Assembly: GCF_022045235.1 (NCBI RefSeq)
Contig: NW_027266341.1
Location: 4,898,001 to 4,962,000 of the forward strand
Length of the DNA stretch: 64,000 nt
Direction of reading: 5' to 3'
From: Haliotis cracherodii
Lineage: Eukaryota
Position 1 is the first letter of the stretch. Every line of letters begins with the position of its first letter. Position numbers and translations under genes: made by a program. Positions 39,754 through 53,028 of this stretch are shown piece after piece. The notes beneath the pieces were generated by a model. That model was not told the DNA's origin. It saw nothing but the letters and a program-made list of their open reading frames with translations, and searched no databases.

Positions 39754-40267
39754 TACGGTGGCCCATAAGGGACATGGAGTCTGTTTTTCAATATTTTGAT
39801 GTTTAACTTACTTTTATCTTAACCTTTTGCAAATTAACACAATCTGCCATATAAATATGTGATACATCATGTATAAAAACATCCGAAAACATAGAAAATG
39901 TACTTTTAAGTAGCTTTTGAGTCGCTGAAATGTGAAGTGAAAATGTCAAAAACTAAAATGGAAATGTCAAAAACCAAAACGAAAAGGTCAAAAAATAAAA
40001 TGAAAATGTCAAAAACACAAAACGAAAAGGTCAAAAACTAAAATGAATACACAGAAAACTATTTCCACCGCGGCGTAAATATTATCACCGCGGTGGAAAT
40101 AGTTTTCACCTCCGTGTAAATATTATCACCGCGGTGGAAATAGTTTACACATGATTTATCACATATTTGTAAGACAAATCGTGTTAATTTGCAAAAGGTT
40201 ACGATAAATGTAAGTGAAATATCAAAATATTGAAAAACAGACTCCGTGTCCCTTATGGGCCACCGTA
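39754..40267. mobile_element. MITE with TAC...GTA termini and 6-bp TSD (IS3EU-type)
   Basis: TIR TACGGTGGCCCATAAGGGACA...; GTGGTC duplicated at 39748-39753 and 40268-40273; absent from the sister arm of the inverted duplication. Confidence 0.85.
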
Positions 40268-41189
40268 GTGGTCCATGGGGTGAAGCATTTTCAACGTACA
40301 CCAGTATCATGTGACATTGTTATGAAGTGCAGTTGTCATTATTTCACATATTTTATTGTTGTTTTATTATTACTGAAATTTTGTTGGACCTTTAAAATAA
40401 ATTATACAAAAAAGTTTTTATTAATACCTATATTCAATGAGCTACAACTTACTGTCTACATTGTAAGTAACATTCCTTGTCCGTGTCCACAAAGATTTAA
40501 CTACCGACACACCTCAGTGGCTTTTGCCAATGCTGGATGTCATTTTCACAATTCTTCTGGTCTGTCTGTACATGATATATGAATTTAAATTGCATTACAT
40601 GTATTTTAGATGATTTTCAAAATATAACAATAAATGCTGTGTTTTAGATACATAAATGACCTCTGTTATCATTTCTTGAAGGCACAGGTGTCCATGACAT
40701 TCAGTGTGCAGAATTGCACCCCTTAGCTATGCCAGAAACCTTAAATTGTTTTATTGATTATGTGAATATTGCCTACTACAGCATTAAACAAGAAGCATAC
40801 AAACAAACTATACATGCATTGATCCAGCTGACACTACATCGGATCTGTCAGGGACAACATTCTGCCTGAGGTCAAGGTCAACGTTTATTCCAAACATGGA
40901 TGCAAATCCCTCGGATTGTTTCCTCCCACATCAATCTGAAACACCGCGATATATCTGAAATACTGTTCAAGGTATTATTAAACCCACTGTTAATCATTGG
41001 TTGTTCACCGTTCAACACTAGTTCAATGAAACTTGGGGCATGCATTTCTCATCAGCTTCATTGGTGCCTTTTGCTATTTTGAAAATTCTGCTAAATGTTA
41101 TCTTCTCATGTTTCCAAGATAAGGAATCATGACTTAGTCTCAATCAATAGTGGATCACATGGTCATTGCATAGTTTCAAACAAAAACAG

Positions 41190-41430
41190 TTATAGCTCGG
41201 AAACGAAGCCCAGCGTTTAGAACAATTTCAAAATAGCAAAAGGCACCAATTGAGCTGGTGAGCAATAAAATGGCAAGTGTGGTTGGAAAACATTGAAAAG
41301 TTTTCAAGTTATGGCTCGAAGAAAAATGGAAACGACGTCGCCGACGCCCATGCCAACGCAAACGCAAACGCCAACGCTAACGGGAACCGAGCCAAAAACT
41401 ATATGTCTCCACTCCCTTTTGGGGGAGACA
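41190..41430 (+). mobile_element. Helentron/HINE-like (pearl/DINE-1 type) 3' fragment
   Basis: GACGCC/AACGC microsatellite followed by AAAACTATATGTCTCC...GGGGGAGACA hairpin. Confidence 0.55.
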
Positions 41431-41547
41431 GCGTCACGTCTAAGATCAATTCCAATACTGGAGTGATACTGACACTCATAGCGGTATGTTTGTTTTGTTA
41501 AATGGGTCCAGGTCAGATATTGTGATCCTTATTTTAGTCGTCTCTTG

Positions 41548-44370
41548 TGTCAAACATAAGGTACTGTGGACTCTTCTGCCCCGGAACCATCACAGCGTGA
41601 TATGCATGAGGCACTGGGGACTTATTCTGCCCCGGTATTATCACAGGAAGATATGTATGAGGTACTGGGGACTCTTCTGCCCCGGAATCTTCAAAGTGAG
41701 ACATGCATGGCGTACTGGGGACTTTTCGGCCCGGAATCATCAAAGGGAGACATGCATGACGTACTGGGGACTTTTCTGCCCAGGAATCATCACTGGGACA
41801 TATCTATGTCGTACTGGGGACGTAATCTGTTCGGGAATCATCACAGGGAGATATGTATGAGGTATTGGGGACTCTTCTGTCCCGGAATCATGACGGGGAG
41901 ATATGCCTGAGTTACTCGGGACTCTTCTGCCCCGGTATCATCACAGGGAGATATGTATGCCGTACTGTGGACTTTTTTCTGTTCCGGAATCATCACAGGG
42001 AGATATGCATGACATACTGGGGACTTTTCGGCCCCAGAATCATCAAAGGGTGATATGAATGACGTACTGTGGACTTTTCGGCCCCGGAATCATCAAAGGG
42101 AGATATGCATGAGGCATTGGGGACTTTTCGGCCCCGGAATCATCAAAGGGAGATATGCATGAGGTATTGGGGACTTTTCTGCCCCGGTATCATCATAGGG
42201 AGATATGTATGACGTACTGTTGACTTTTTCTGTTCCGGAATCATCACAGGGAGATATCCATGACGTACTGGAAACCCTTTTGCCCCTGAATCATCACAGG
42301 GAGAAATGTATGAGTTACTGGGGCCTCATTCTGTTCCGGAATCATCACAGGGAGATATGCATGAGGTCCTGGGGACGTTTCTGCCCCGGAATCATCATAG
42401 GGAGATATATATGACGTACTGTGGACTCTTCTGCCCTGGAATCATCACACGGAGATATGAATGAGTTACTGGGGACTCTTCTGACCCGGAATCATCACAG
42501 GGAGATATGCATGAGATCCTGGGGACTTTTCTGCCCCGAATCATCACGGGGAGATATGTATGACGTACTGGGGACTTTTTCTGCCCCGGAATTATCACAG
42601 GGAGATATGTATGAGGTACTGGGGACTCTTCTGCCCCGGAATCATCACAAGGACACGTGCATGAGGTACAAGGGACTCTTCTGCCCCAGAATCTTTAAAG
42701 GGAGACATGCATGACGTACTGGGGACTTTTCTGCCCTGGAATCATCACACGGAGATATGAATGAGTTACTGGGGACTCTTCTGACCCGGAATCATCACAG
42801 GGAGATATGCATGAGATCCTGGGGACTTTTCTGCCCCGAATCATCACGGGGAGATATGTATGACGTACTGGGGACTTTTTCTGCCCCGGAATTATCACAG
42901 GGAGATATGTATGAGGTACTGGGGACTCTTCTGCCCCGGAATCATCACAAGGACACGTGCATGAGGTACAAGGGACTCTTCTGCCCCAGAATCTTTAAAG
43001 GGAGACATGCATGACGTACTGGGGACTTTTCTGCCCCGGAATCATCACAGGGAGATATGAATGAGTTACTGGGGACTCTTCTGACCCGGAATCATCACTG
43101 GGAGATATTTATGACGTACGGTGGACTCCTCTGACCCGGAATCATCATGGGGAGATATGAATGAGTTACTGGGGACTCTTCTGACCCGGAATCATCATGG
43201 GGAGATATGTATTAGTTACTGGGGACTCTTCTGGCCTTGAATCATCATGGGGAGATATGCATGAGGTACTGGGGACTCTTCTGACCCGGAATCATCATGG
43301 GGAGCTATGTATGAGTTACTGGTGACTCTTCTGACCTGGAATCATCACGGGGAGATATGTATTAGTTACTGGGGACTCTTCTGACCCGGAATCATCACAG
43401 GGAGATATGTATGACGTACTGTGGACTCTTCTGACCCGGAATCATCATGGGGAGATATGTATGAGTTACTGGGGAGTATTCTGACCTGGAATCATCACGG
43501 GGAGATATGTATGAGGTACTGGGGACTCTTCTGACCCGGAATCATCATGGGGAGCTATGTATGAGTTACTGGGGACTCTTCTGACCTGGAATCATCACGG
43601 GGAGATATGTATTAGTTACTGGGGACTCTTCTGACCCGGAATCATCACAGGGAGATATGTATATGACGTACTGTGGACTCTTCTGCACTGGAATCATCAC
43701 AGGGAGATATGAATGAGTTACTGGGGACGCTTCTGACCTTGAATCATCATGGGGAGATATGTATTAGTTACTGGGGACTCTTCTGACCTTGAATCATCAT
43801 TGGGAGATATGTATTAGTTACTGGGGACTCTTCTGGCCTTGAATCATCATGGGGAGATATGTATTAGTTACTGGGGACTCTTCTGACCTGGAATCATCAC
43901 AGGGAGATATGTATGAGTTACTGGGGACTCTTCTGACCTGGAATCATCACAGGGAGATATGTATGAGTTACTGGGGACTCTTCTCACCTGGAATCATCAC
44001 GGGGAGATATGTACTAGTTACTGGGGACTCTTCTGACCTGGAATCATCATGGGGAGATATGTATTAGTTACTGGGAACTCTTCTGACCTGGAATCATCAC
44101 GGGGAGATATGTATTAGTTACTGGGGACTCTTCTGACCTTGAATCATCACGGGGAGATATGCATGAGGTACTGGGGACTCTTCTGACCCGGAATCTTTAA
44201 AGGGAGATATGTATGAGTTACTGGGGACTCTTCTGCCCCGGAATCTTTAAAGGGAGATATGTATGAGTTACTCGGGACTCTTCTTCCGCCGAATTATCAC
44301 AGGGAGATATGTATGAGGTACTGGGGACTTATTCTGTTCGGTAATCACAGGGAGACATGCATGAGGCACT
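41548..44370. repeat. 50-bp minisatellite (GGAGATATGTATGAGGTACTGGGGACTCTTCTGCCCCGGAATCATCACAG) with a 300-bp internal duplication
   Basis: Direct periodicity; line 42481 equals line 42781. Confidence 0.95.
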
Positions 44371-47300
44371 ACTTCTTCTGTCCCAAAAATCCCACAGGTT
44401 GCTATGAGGAAACAGAACGAAGTACAACCAATGATTAACACAGTGGGTTCAATAATACCTTGAACAGTATTTCAGATATATTGCGGGGTGTCAGACTGAT
44501 GTGCGAGGAAACAATCAGAGGGACAATCTGACAGTTTTAGGCCTCTGGCATACCCAAGGGTTGCAATTGTGCACACTGAAGCTCATCCAACTTGGACACC
44601 TGTGTCTTTAAGAAATGATAACAGAGGTCATTTATATATCTAAAACACAGCATTTATTGTCATAATTCGAAATATATCTAAAATATAGGTCATGTAAACT
44701 TTAAAGTCATATATTATGTACAGACAGACCAGAAGAATTGTGAAAATGACATCCAGCATTGGCAAAAGCCACATAAGGTGTGTCGGTAGTTATATCTTGC
44801 ACTATGTAGACACACAGAAGGAATGTTACTTACAATGTAAACAGTAAGTTATAGCTCATTGAATACAGGAATGACTCCACAAAGGGATCTGGTGACATAA
44901 GGCTGTTTCTAATCACTTGCTTCGTACCTTCTTTCTTATAATTTGATTTTCAGATTTCATTTTTCAAAAACTTTTGACAGTGTTGGAATCAAAAATACAA
45001 AGACTCTTCAATTCTACACAAAGACAAGAGTTATCATGGGCTTTATTCATATTACTGATACTGTGTCCATTGAAACTACATCTTCTGAAATGCCTCTTAC
45101 AGGTGCCACTTCTCCAATTATTTTGCTTCAGTTTCTGTTAATATATGGTTGGCTGCGTGAGAGAAAATAATTCAAATTACCTATTTCCCTTTTGGTATTT
45201 TGTAACATATGACATAATGTTAGATATTTCAGTATTGGTGTTTACATAGGATCATTCAGCAAACACCAATTGTCTCTGTCAGAGTCAAGTTGTCATTTGT
45301 TTATTTCATATTCGAGATTATCAGGCTTGGAATTTAAAAAAAGCTTTATAATAGAATCTAAATTTTTCTAATTCCTGATTTTTAAGATTGGCAGAACTAA
45401 GGAACTAAGTAAAGAAAAATAGAAGGCCCTACAAAATTTCAGTGATAATAAAACAACAATAAAACATGTGAAATTATGACAACTACACTTCATAACACTG
45501 TCACATGATACTGGTACGTGAAACGTACCTCCTTATGGATCACAACTTTGGGTTCAGTGCATATAGCGATGTTTTAATGTAGATTTCAACACCTTTATCT
45601 GACACCTTTATCCAGCTTGATAACATTTCGAAATGTTGTTATGCACTAAACAAGAAGTTGAATCCATAAAGTTGTACGTTACCATATTTGCCTAATACTT
45701 TCAAAAGATCAATCCAATAGAATTTTTGGACCATTATCCTCTGCATGCAGAAATAGCACAAGAAGCTTGGACCCTAAAAGTTGCATTATGAGTTATAATT
45801 CATAAAAAACCAGCATGAATGTTGATCACATTTCGATAAAGTATTTCAATATGTGTTGTTTTCTCCATTACAATGTATAGAAACTGTCAATACATTCACT
45901 GTTTCACAACTGAACATGTCCCTGAATTTGCTGCTCTCAGTTAAAGCACAGGAATCAGAAGTGATTTTGATGATTTTTACATATTATTTAGCATTAAAAA
46001 AACCTCCCAATGTTTTCTTCTAAAACAAAATTACTTCATCATCAAAATAAGAATTTCCGATTCCTGTGATTGAAGGCACCTGTAAATTACACTCAACAAC
46101 TGACATTATTCAAATAAATTCAAGACGTGGCATATGAAACAATAACTTTTATCACAACGATATCATTCATAATGCACAAGAGATTATTGATAAAATACTT
46201 CCAAGTTAAAACAAATTTCTTAAAATACACTGATCAACAATGAATAAATCCCAGTACTCCCATAAAAGACAAATCATCAATTAAGATAGTGTGTACTATT
46301 TACAATCATCATATTCACTGCTAACTTCCCGTAAAATTCATATTTGTTCTACAACCTTTTTATCTACCATAGTTAAAAGCCATTTTAAAAGCCAGTTGAA
46401 GGAGCTTGTAAATGTCTGAGGGCTAGGTTGTCAAGGCATTGTGGATTCTGTTTCATGAGTTCAAAACCCAGGGTCTGCCCTTTAGCATCTATGGTTTGTC
46501 TGCACCATAACCATGCTCTTAGGCATGATCCAAATGGTAAAAGTCTGTGACCTGCATCACTTTCCTCCACATTATGCTGCCGTGATCTATCGGAAGTTCA
46601 AGTGGCATTAAACTCACTCACTCACTCTGAAGGTAACAAGCAGGCAATCAGAAGCAGGGATTTGTCTTAGATTCCAAACTAAGTGCCCATTGGACTTTGT
46701 TTCAAAGTCATATTTTCTTCCCAAATTCAGAGGTATTTTCAACATCTTTCTTTAACACTGCGTCCAATGCATTAATGTAAAACTAACTTTTAAAATCTTT
46801 TTCTCTGTACTGACTCATTACAAGTGAAGTACAAGTCGGCACTACAAAAGTAAAACACTAGTCAGGTCCATAATAGCATGAATTGGGAATGTTTTAATTT
46901 CAAATTGGGAATTAATGCTGATATTTGCTGCAGATTTAATGGCAAATATGGGGCTCTGAGAAGGCCTAGATAAATCCCTGATAGAAGGCACCAGCTGGTC
47001 AATGTGATAACAATATGATAATAACACTGACACTACATGGAATTAACACATGGGAAATTATTACAATGAGTATTGCACAAAGAATGATCCTGCTGATACA
47101 ATGCACACACACACACATCTATATGTACTGTTAACATGGCAATGTACCCTCCTGCATCATGAAGCACTACAAGCAATCACTGACATCAACCAATAAAGAG
47201 TCAACACTTAACGTGTTTCCAAAATTGTTTCAGTACAATGAAACAATAACAAAATGCATTATTTTCTATTGCTACCATAACACATCATCAAAACTATCTC

Positions 47301-48869
47301 TGTTACAGGTATCTGTAGGTAGGTCGGAGTTTTTAGGATGGACAGAAAAACGTGACTAAATGGGGGCACATATACCATATACAGCTGTCAATAAAGGGAC
47401 CCCAGGTACAAGGCAACCCCACTGTACAAGCCTTCAAAATCGATGCTGCTTTATATATATTCATCTATAAAGCGAATCGGAATGAAGCATGTCACCAGCT
47501 CATATGCAAAACAACATGTTGGTCTTCCGCAGAAAAAAATATGTGGTATTTCTGGTGTTACATGCTCACAGTGATGTCTTTGAGTTGGCGGGGAAAAAAC
47601 ATCAAAACTCTTCAAAAGCCTTTTAAAAGCCCTATAATTCTTGTTACGAAAAATTGCCTTACACAGAGCGATATACAGTATTTTCTACAGCCAAACACTA
47701 TGTTAAGTTGTCATGTTACACAAAACGAAGGCTTTTGTTTTTTTATTATGACCAGTGTAGAGAAACTGCACAAACATTGTGTTTAAGCCAGGTTACAATT
47801 TGGGAAAGTATCAACATAAATCTAATAAATACAGCTTGCAAAGTTTGAATCATATTACAGCTACATGAGGCTCTTCTCACTCTGATGTGTCGCAGGGCTC
47901 AGTTGAGTGTTATCACCAAGGAATGCATGCATTGTGCCTGTAATGGTGAAGTGAAGGAAATGTCAAGCAATGTCAATTTTTGGGCCAAATTTGATCTGTT
48001 ACAAAAATGTAAAAAATGAATCAAAATACAATTTTCTGCGAATTCTCCTTTCAAAACTATAAACAAGAAGTTTTCCTTTAAGTACATCCATGGCACATTT
48101 TAAACACACAGAATTTGAACATAAAAAACATGAAATGAATATTTACAAATACTTATATACAGATAAACAAACTAAAGCAATGGTACAAAACAAATGACAA
48201 GCAAGCCTGCATCATACTTAAGAATGTTTATAGCAAGTATGTATAACACTCGTATCAACCTCACAGTTTCTGACAAGACAAGTTACAGATGAACAATACA
48301 GAAAATGTCACATTTATTAAAATGTATTCTAAAAAAGTTAAAAAGTTAATTTCTCTTAACACAGCAAAAATAAATGCCATCCGTTAAAGCATTTTCAACC
48401 TTGTTTAGTTTACTATTGACATCATCAAGTTTGAATTAAGAAGAGTAATAGAGAAAAAAATAGAAATTGAAAAGAAATAAATTTGAAATTTTAACATATT
48501 TCGCTGAATGAAAAGATACATGTTTAATCCAAAATATATAATACTCTAAACTTGATGAACATGGCTTGAACAGCATGAGGTGCAGGTGGCAATATTTTAG
48601 GAAATATTGTCTGCAGGTCCCTCACTGGAATTTTCACACAAAAAATATAAGTTGAGAATAAATGTCCCAGTAAGATAGAACTGCAGAGAGTTGGAAATAT
48701 GGGTCAGTTTTACATGATAATTAGAGTGGAAACACTTGGCATCATCATGAGAACAGTTAGTGTTGACAGGCTGTTTGATACTGCCAAAGGTTTGCAAGGA
48801 AGTGAAGTGAAACAAATAATTTGAAATCACTGAGATCCCGCTACCATATTTTCAACATGAAGTTACACA

Positions 48870-49045
48870 TATTGTATGTTGTGTGTGTGTGTTGTGTGTA
48901 AATATTGCGTTTTGTGTGTGTTGTGTGTGTTTTGTGTAAATGTGTGTTGTGGGAGTGTTGTGTAAATGTGTGTGGGGGGGGTTTTGTGTGTTGTGTGAGT
49001 GTTGCGTGAGTGTTGTGTGTATTTTGTGTGTGTATGTTTTGTGCA
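48870..49045. repeat. Degenerate (GT)n microsatellite
   Basis: Seen directly. Confidence 0.85.
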
Positions 49046-50174
49046 GTGCAGGTATGACATGGTTGACATTCCACTGTGTCATCATTAGGTCAGGAATGTG
49101 TTAACAACATGAGGTAACATAGTCTTGTCAAAATACACCAATAATGTTTTTGCTGCTTCTATTCCGGAACCATATGATAGGGCATACACAAGAACTAGGG
49201 CAACAGTGTTGGTATCAAGTTAAGATCCAAGTGAATTATCTACTGGTTTATTCATATTGCAAACACAAGATTGAGGTTGATACACAAATTTCATATACAC
49301 TTTATTTCAATTTTTAAAAACATTCATGGAAAATATTCCTGTCACCAAAATATCTACTATGAAAACTCTTGAACTTTGGTTAAATCATGTATTTGGAAGT
49401 CAACACCAACCTTTGACCTCTGCATATCCATCCTCAATTTAACATCATTGTCACCTTGTATTTAAGTTTGCTGAAGTTTAGATTTTGGTAGAATGGTATA
49501 AAACCTTTGACCTTATTTGTCTTTGTGTGCTTTAATATATATATTGTAATCAATCTGCCAGGTCACCCAAACTGTACAGTTGAAACTAGTTGAAAGGGGA
49601 GAAAATTCACATGGAAACTGCAACAATTGTTCAAGGATTCTCCTTCCACATTCACACTGTCACGGACACAAGCACCCAATAACTGATGAGATTATATTTC
49701 TATCAAAATCTCCAAAAACAAAAAGCAACAACTCAAATATTCTTTGTGAACAATACGATTTACATTCTACAAGTCACTACAACACTGTTTGCTACAAGTC
49801 CTGCATCAGTGACCAACTTTGTAACAAGCTTGTAACTACTATACAAGGAGGTCAAAGTCAGGAGATATTTACACACATATGAAACCTGTGTTTCACTATC
49901 CTCTGTCCACATGTTTTGCGCTGGCCCTGATATTGTATATCAGACACTGTGTTTTGTAGCCTGTCCACTCCTTCTTGGTCACTTGCAACCGAGGCATCTG
50001 ATTAGTTAATGTACATTAATCCACTTGGCTGGATCTTTACCAAGGATCTGATTGGCTGATGTTTCATTGTATCTGATTGGTTGTTCTTTTCAATGTTTTG
50101 GAGTGGCTGCCTATTCTTAGTGTTTTAATGATCAGCTGTCTCTTAAATACATCCAATAACATAGCTCCTCTCAA

Positions 50175-50365
50175 AGCATCTGATTGCCTGGTTCTTCTCA
50201 ATCTATCTGGTTGGCTGGCTCTTCTCAATCCATCTCATTGACTGGCTCTTCTCAATCCATCTCATTGGCTGGCTCTTCTCAATCCATCTCATTGGCTGTC
50301 TCTTCTATATCCATCTCATTGGCTGGCTCTTCTCAATCCATCTGATTGGCTGGCTCTACTCAATC
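50175..50365. repeat. 27-bp tandem repeat ATCTSATTGGCTGGCTCTTCTCAATCC in the putative ARAP 3' UTR
   Basis: About 7 copies; degenerate related copies at 50045-50110. Confidence 0.85.
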
Positions 50366-50997
50366 AATGTTTTTGAGGAGTTGCAGCTTGGATCAGTGTA
50401 GCGGATGCCTTGGCACACAGCAAGATGAGCAAAGTCACTTTGTTGTGTTGTGATGATTTCCATGAATGAATGAATGAATGAATGAATGGAATGACTATTG
50501 GTTCTGTGCTTCAGGAGTCACACAGCAACACATGATCCGCTTTGTCTTATTAATATGCATTCCTTGTACATCTTTCTTAAGCATGGCCAGTTAATTTCAT
50601 GAATGAACGGAAAGACTATTGGTTGTGCTGCAGATTGTCAGGGGTCTCATCATACCAGTAAAACACATGACCTTCTTTCTTATTAATATGCATCACATAT
50701 TTCTGAAACAAAGCCAGTTCTTTCCATATGCATGTGACTCATACATAGTCAAATCAATCTGAAATGCATTAACCACATAACTGTGGCTTCTAGTTACTAC
50801 AACTGGACAGGGTTCCACTATATAGACAGACTACACGTCTACGAGGGCTGGAGGAGCATTGGGCAAGTCCTGCAGGGTCTCCAGCAGCTGTAGGCTGACC
50901 ACTGGCCTTGTAGTCCAGTGTGAAGCAGGCTCACAACTCTTCACAGTGTCCAATGATTCACTGGCAAGGTTCCCAGATGGAAGTACCGGGATGAGCT

Positions 50998-51030
50998 TCA
51001 GGAGAATGATGCCAGAATGCCTTCAGGATG
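50998..51030 (-). CDS. ARAP: ARAP-like terminal coding exon (HPEGILASFS*)
   Basis: tttcag acceptor at 51031-51032, phase 0, TGA at 51000-50998. Confidence 0.8.
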   Translation of the reverse strand, partial: HPEGILASFS

Positions 51031-51177
51031 CTGAAATGACATTAAGGAATGGTGCTATAACTGACAAATCTCAGATTTCAAGGAACCATTAAGCGAAAAT
51101 GCACCAAAATATATTTTGGGTAATGAAGTTTTGCATTGAAAAAAGAGGTCCTAATGAGGGGGGATGTGATTGTCTTA

Positions 51178-51515
51178 GGCTTAAAAAAATAAAAGGCTGG
51201 TTCTCAGGAAATGGTTTTTGAAATATAGTGCGGGCGGGCAGTGCTTTTTTTATTTCTCTTTCTTTTTTGTTATTGTTCAAACTAGTTTGTAACTAAATAA
51301 ACAGTCGTGTACAATCAGCCTGGGAAAGGGCCTCCCTACAAAATGTATTCCTTGATGAGTGAAATACTGGAATACAGTATTTGAGTACCTTTGGACTTGG
51401 AATATTTAAGGATTTTTTTGTTTGCTTTTTTAATAGAAATAAAAACGAAATGTGTGGTGAATCTTATGACGGTGCTCGCGGTGCCTGAGAACCAAGACTG
51501 TTATTTTTTTTAGCC
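51178..51515. mobile_element. Zator/PIF-Harbinger-type MITE in the last ARAP intron
   Basis: Imperfect TIR GGCT(T)AAAAAAATAA...TGGTTCTCAGG; 3-bp TTA TSD at 51175-51177 and 51516-51518. Confidence 0.75.
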
Positions 51516-51527
51516 TTATATACAAAC

Positions 51528-51606
51528 CTTGGCAACAAGCAATACAGATGCCCACTTCAACATTTCAATCTCGGACGTGAAACACAGACTCCGTCCGAAG
51601 TAGCCC
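51528..51606 (-). CDS. ARAP: ARAP-like exon, PH C-terminal helix (RGYFGRSLCFTSEIEMLKWASVLLVAK)
   Basis: ccacag / gtttgt; 79 bp, phase 2-0; conserved PH helix Trp. Confidence 0.9.
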
Positions 51607-52187
51607 CTGTGGAGAAATGAATGATGACATGAGGAGGAGGTGCTTATCTTGTGGTTTCATCTTGGAAAAAGAGGCAGGATACAGGTGTATACATCATTAC
51701 ATATACAGGTATATTCCCTTTTTCTTTCATATATGAACTATTTTTTACTCCAACCACAACTATATGTATACTCTGTTTGCTCCATGTTCACTTGGTTATT
51801 CTGTTTGATGTTTAACACTGCACGAAGCAGCATTGACAGCATGAGCATCAATCCACACAATTGTCAACCTGACTACCCAATCCATTTGGTCGCCTCATAC
51901 GACAAGCATAGATAGCTGGTACCCTATATTCTTACCCAGAATCCCATGGGTTTCAGCTGTACACCCACATACAGACATATTTACTTGACCCTTATCTACA
52001 CGTCTGTAAAATCTCAACATAAACATTACTTGTTACCTCAACAATGTACATCACTGAATAGTTTGAGATCATAACTTTCAAATCCTAAACACGAACATTA
52101 TCAACATGAAGATGATTTTACTAAAACTGAACCCAGAGTTGTTATTCAAAGTCACATGTACCAATACAAACACATGATGGTGTATCA

Positions 52188-52430
52188 ATGACGATCCGGG
52201 TTAGAATTGGTCTTCAGCAATCCATGCTTGTCGTAGGAGGCGATTAACAGGATCGGGTGGTCAGACTCGGTGGTTTGTTTGATGCATGTCATCCTTTCCC
52301 AATTGCGTGGATCGATGCTCATGATGTCAATCACTAGTTTGTCTGGTACAGACTTGATTACTTACAGAGTGCCGTCATATAGCTGGAATATTGCTGAGTG
52401 TGGCATTCAACAACAAACAAACAACAACAA
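52188..52430 (+). mobile_element. SINE family A; further partial minus-strand copies at ~7140-7270, 51800-51950, 53530-53747, 54200-54360, 61508-61570
   Basis: Shared gcttgtcgta..aggcga..aac.ggatcgggtggtcag...agctggaatattgctgag. Confidence 0.8.
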
Positions 52431-52456
52431 TATTTACTTTAAGAATGTCTTTAATG

Positions 52457-52615
52457 GGGTGGGGGGATGGCCTAGTGGTTAAAGCATTTGCTCAACACAC
52501 CGAAGTTCTGGGTTTAATTCCCCACATGGGTACAATGCGTGAAGCCCATTTCTGGTGTCCCCTGCCACGATATTGCTGGAATATTGCTACAAACAGTGTA
52601 ACGCCACACTCACTC
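52457..52615 (+). mobile_element. SINE family B copy
   Basis: Colinear with 15984-16151. Confidence 0.85.
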
Positions 52616-52655
52616 CTGACTTTACCACACCACCTGTACACTGCTTGCTACTTAC

Positions 52656-52703
52656 CGGACACACTTTTCCCCCTTCACAATGAATGTCAGCCCATGGGAG
52701 GAC
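52656..52703 (-). CDS. ARAP: ARAP-like exon, PH domain (KSSHGLTFIVKGEKCV)
   Basis: cttcag / gtaagt; 48 bp, phase 2-2; supplies the otherwise missing PH beta strand. Confidence 0.85.
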
Positions 52704-53028
52704 CTGAAGCAGAGAAGCAGTACAACCTCAACTCCAAAACTTGGATCACTTCATGATAGATTAATCATTATGAGGTGATCATCTTGCTTATGAAAATATA
52801 TGGCATAGCAAATAATGATTCCTGATCATGTAATATCAATGAACGTTAATCAGTGTTGGTCTTAATGATTCATTTGCAAAATAATGTTGCTATACACACT
52901 TTGAAAATGCACACAATTGTTAACACACCACTCCTAATGTTTTTGACAAACTTGACACAAATAACACGTTGAGAAATAAATGTCTTACATTTCCTGTCAT
53001 TCATTTCTACTGACAGATATAGCTCCTG

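Larger units (their letters stand above)
38886..46480. repeat. Large diverged inverted duplication: arms ~38886-41013 and ~44415-46480
   Basis: Colinear reverse-complement matches along ~2 kb (38886-39010 vs 46360-46480; 40620-40745 vs 44530-44660; 40905-41013 vs 44415-44522). Confidence 0.9.
48300..50997 (-). other. Probable long 3' UTR of the ARAP-like gene; end uncertain
   Basis: TE-poor AT-rich stretch after the stop codon; minus-strand AATAAA candidates near 49281 and 48313. Confidence 0.4.

Noticed and set aside
9768-49690. CTGATGA hammerhead ribozyme core matches
   Set aside because: No stem II plus GAAA arrangement found next to the matches I inspected
52027-52085. Possible additional ARAP exon
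   Set aside because: Phase incompatible with the flanking phase-2 junctions and would introduce a stop
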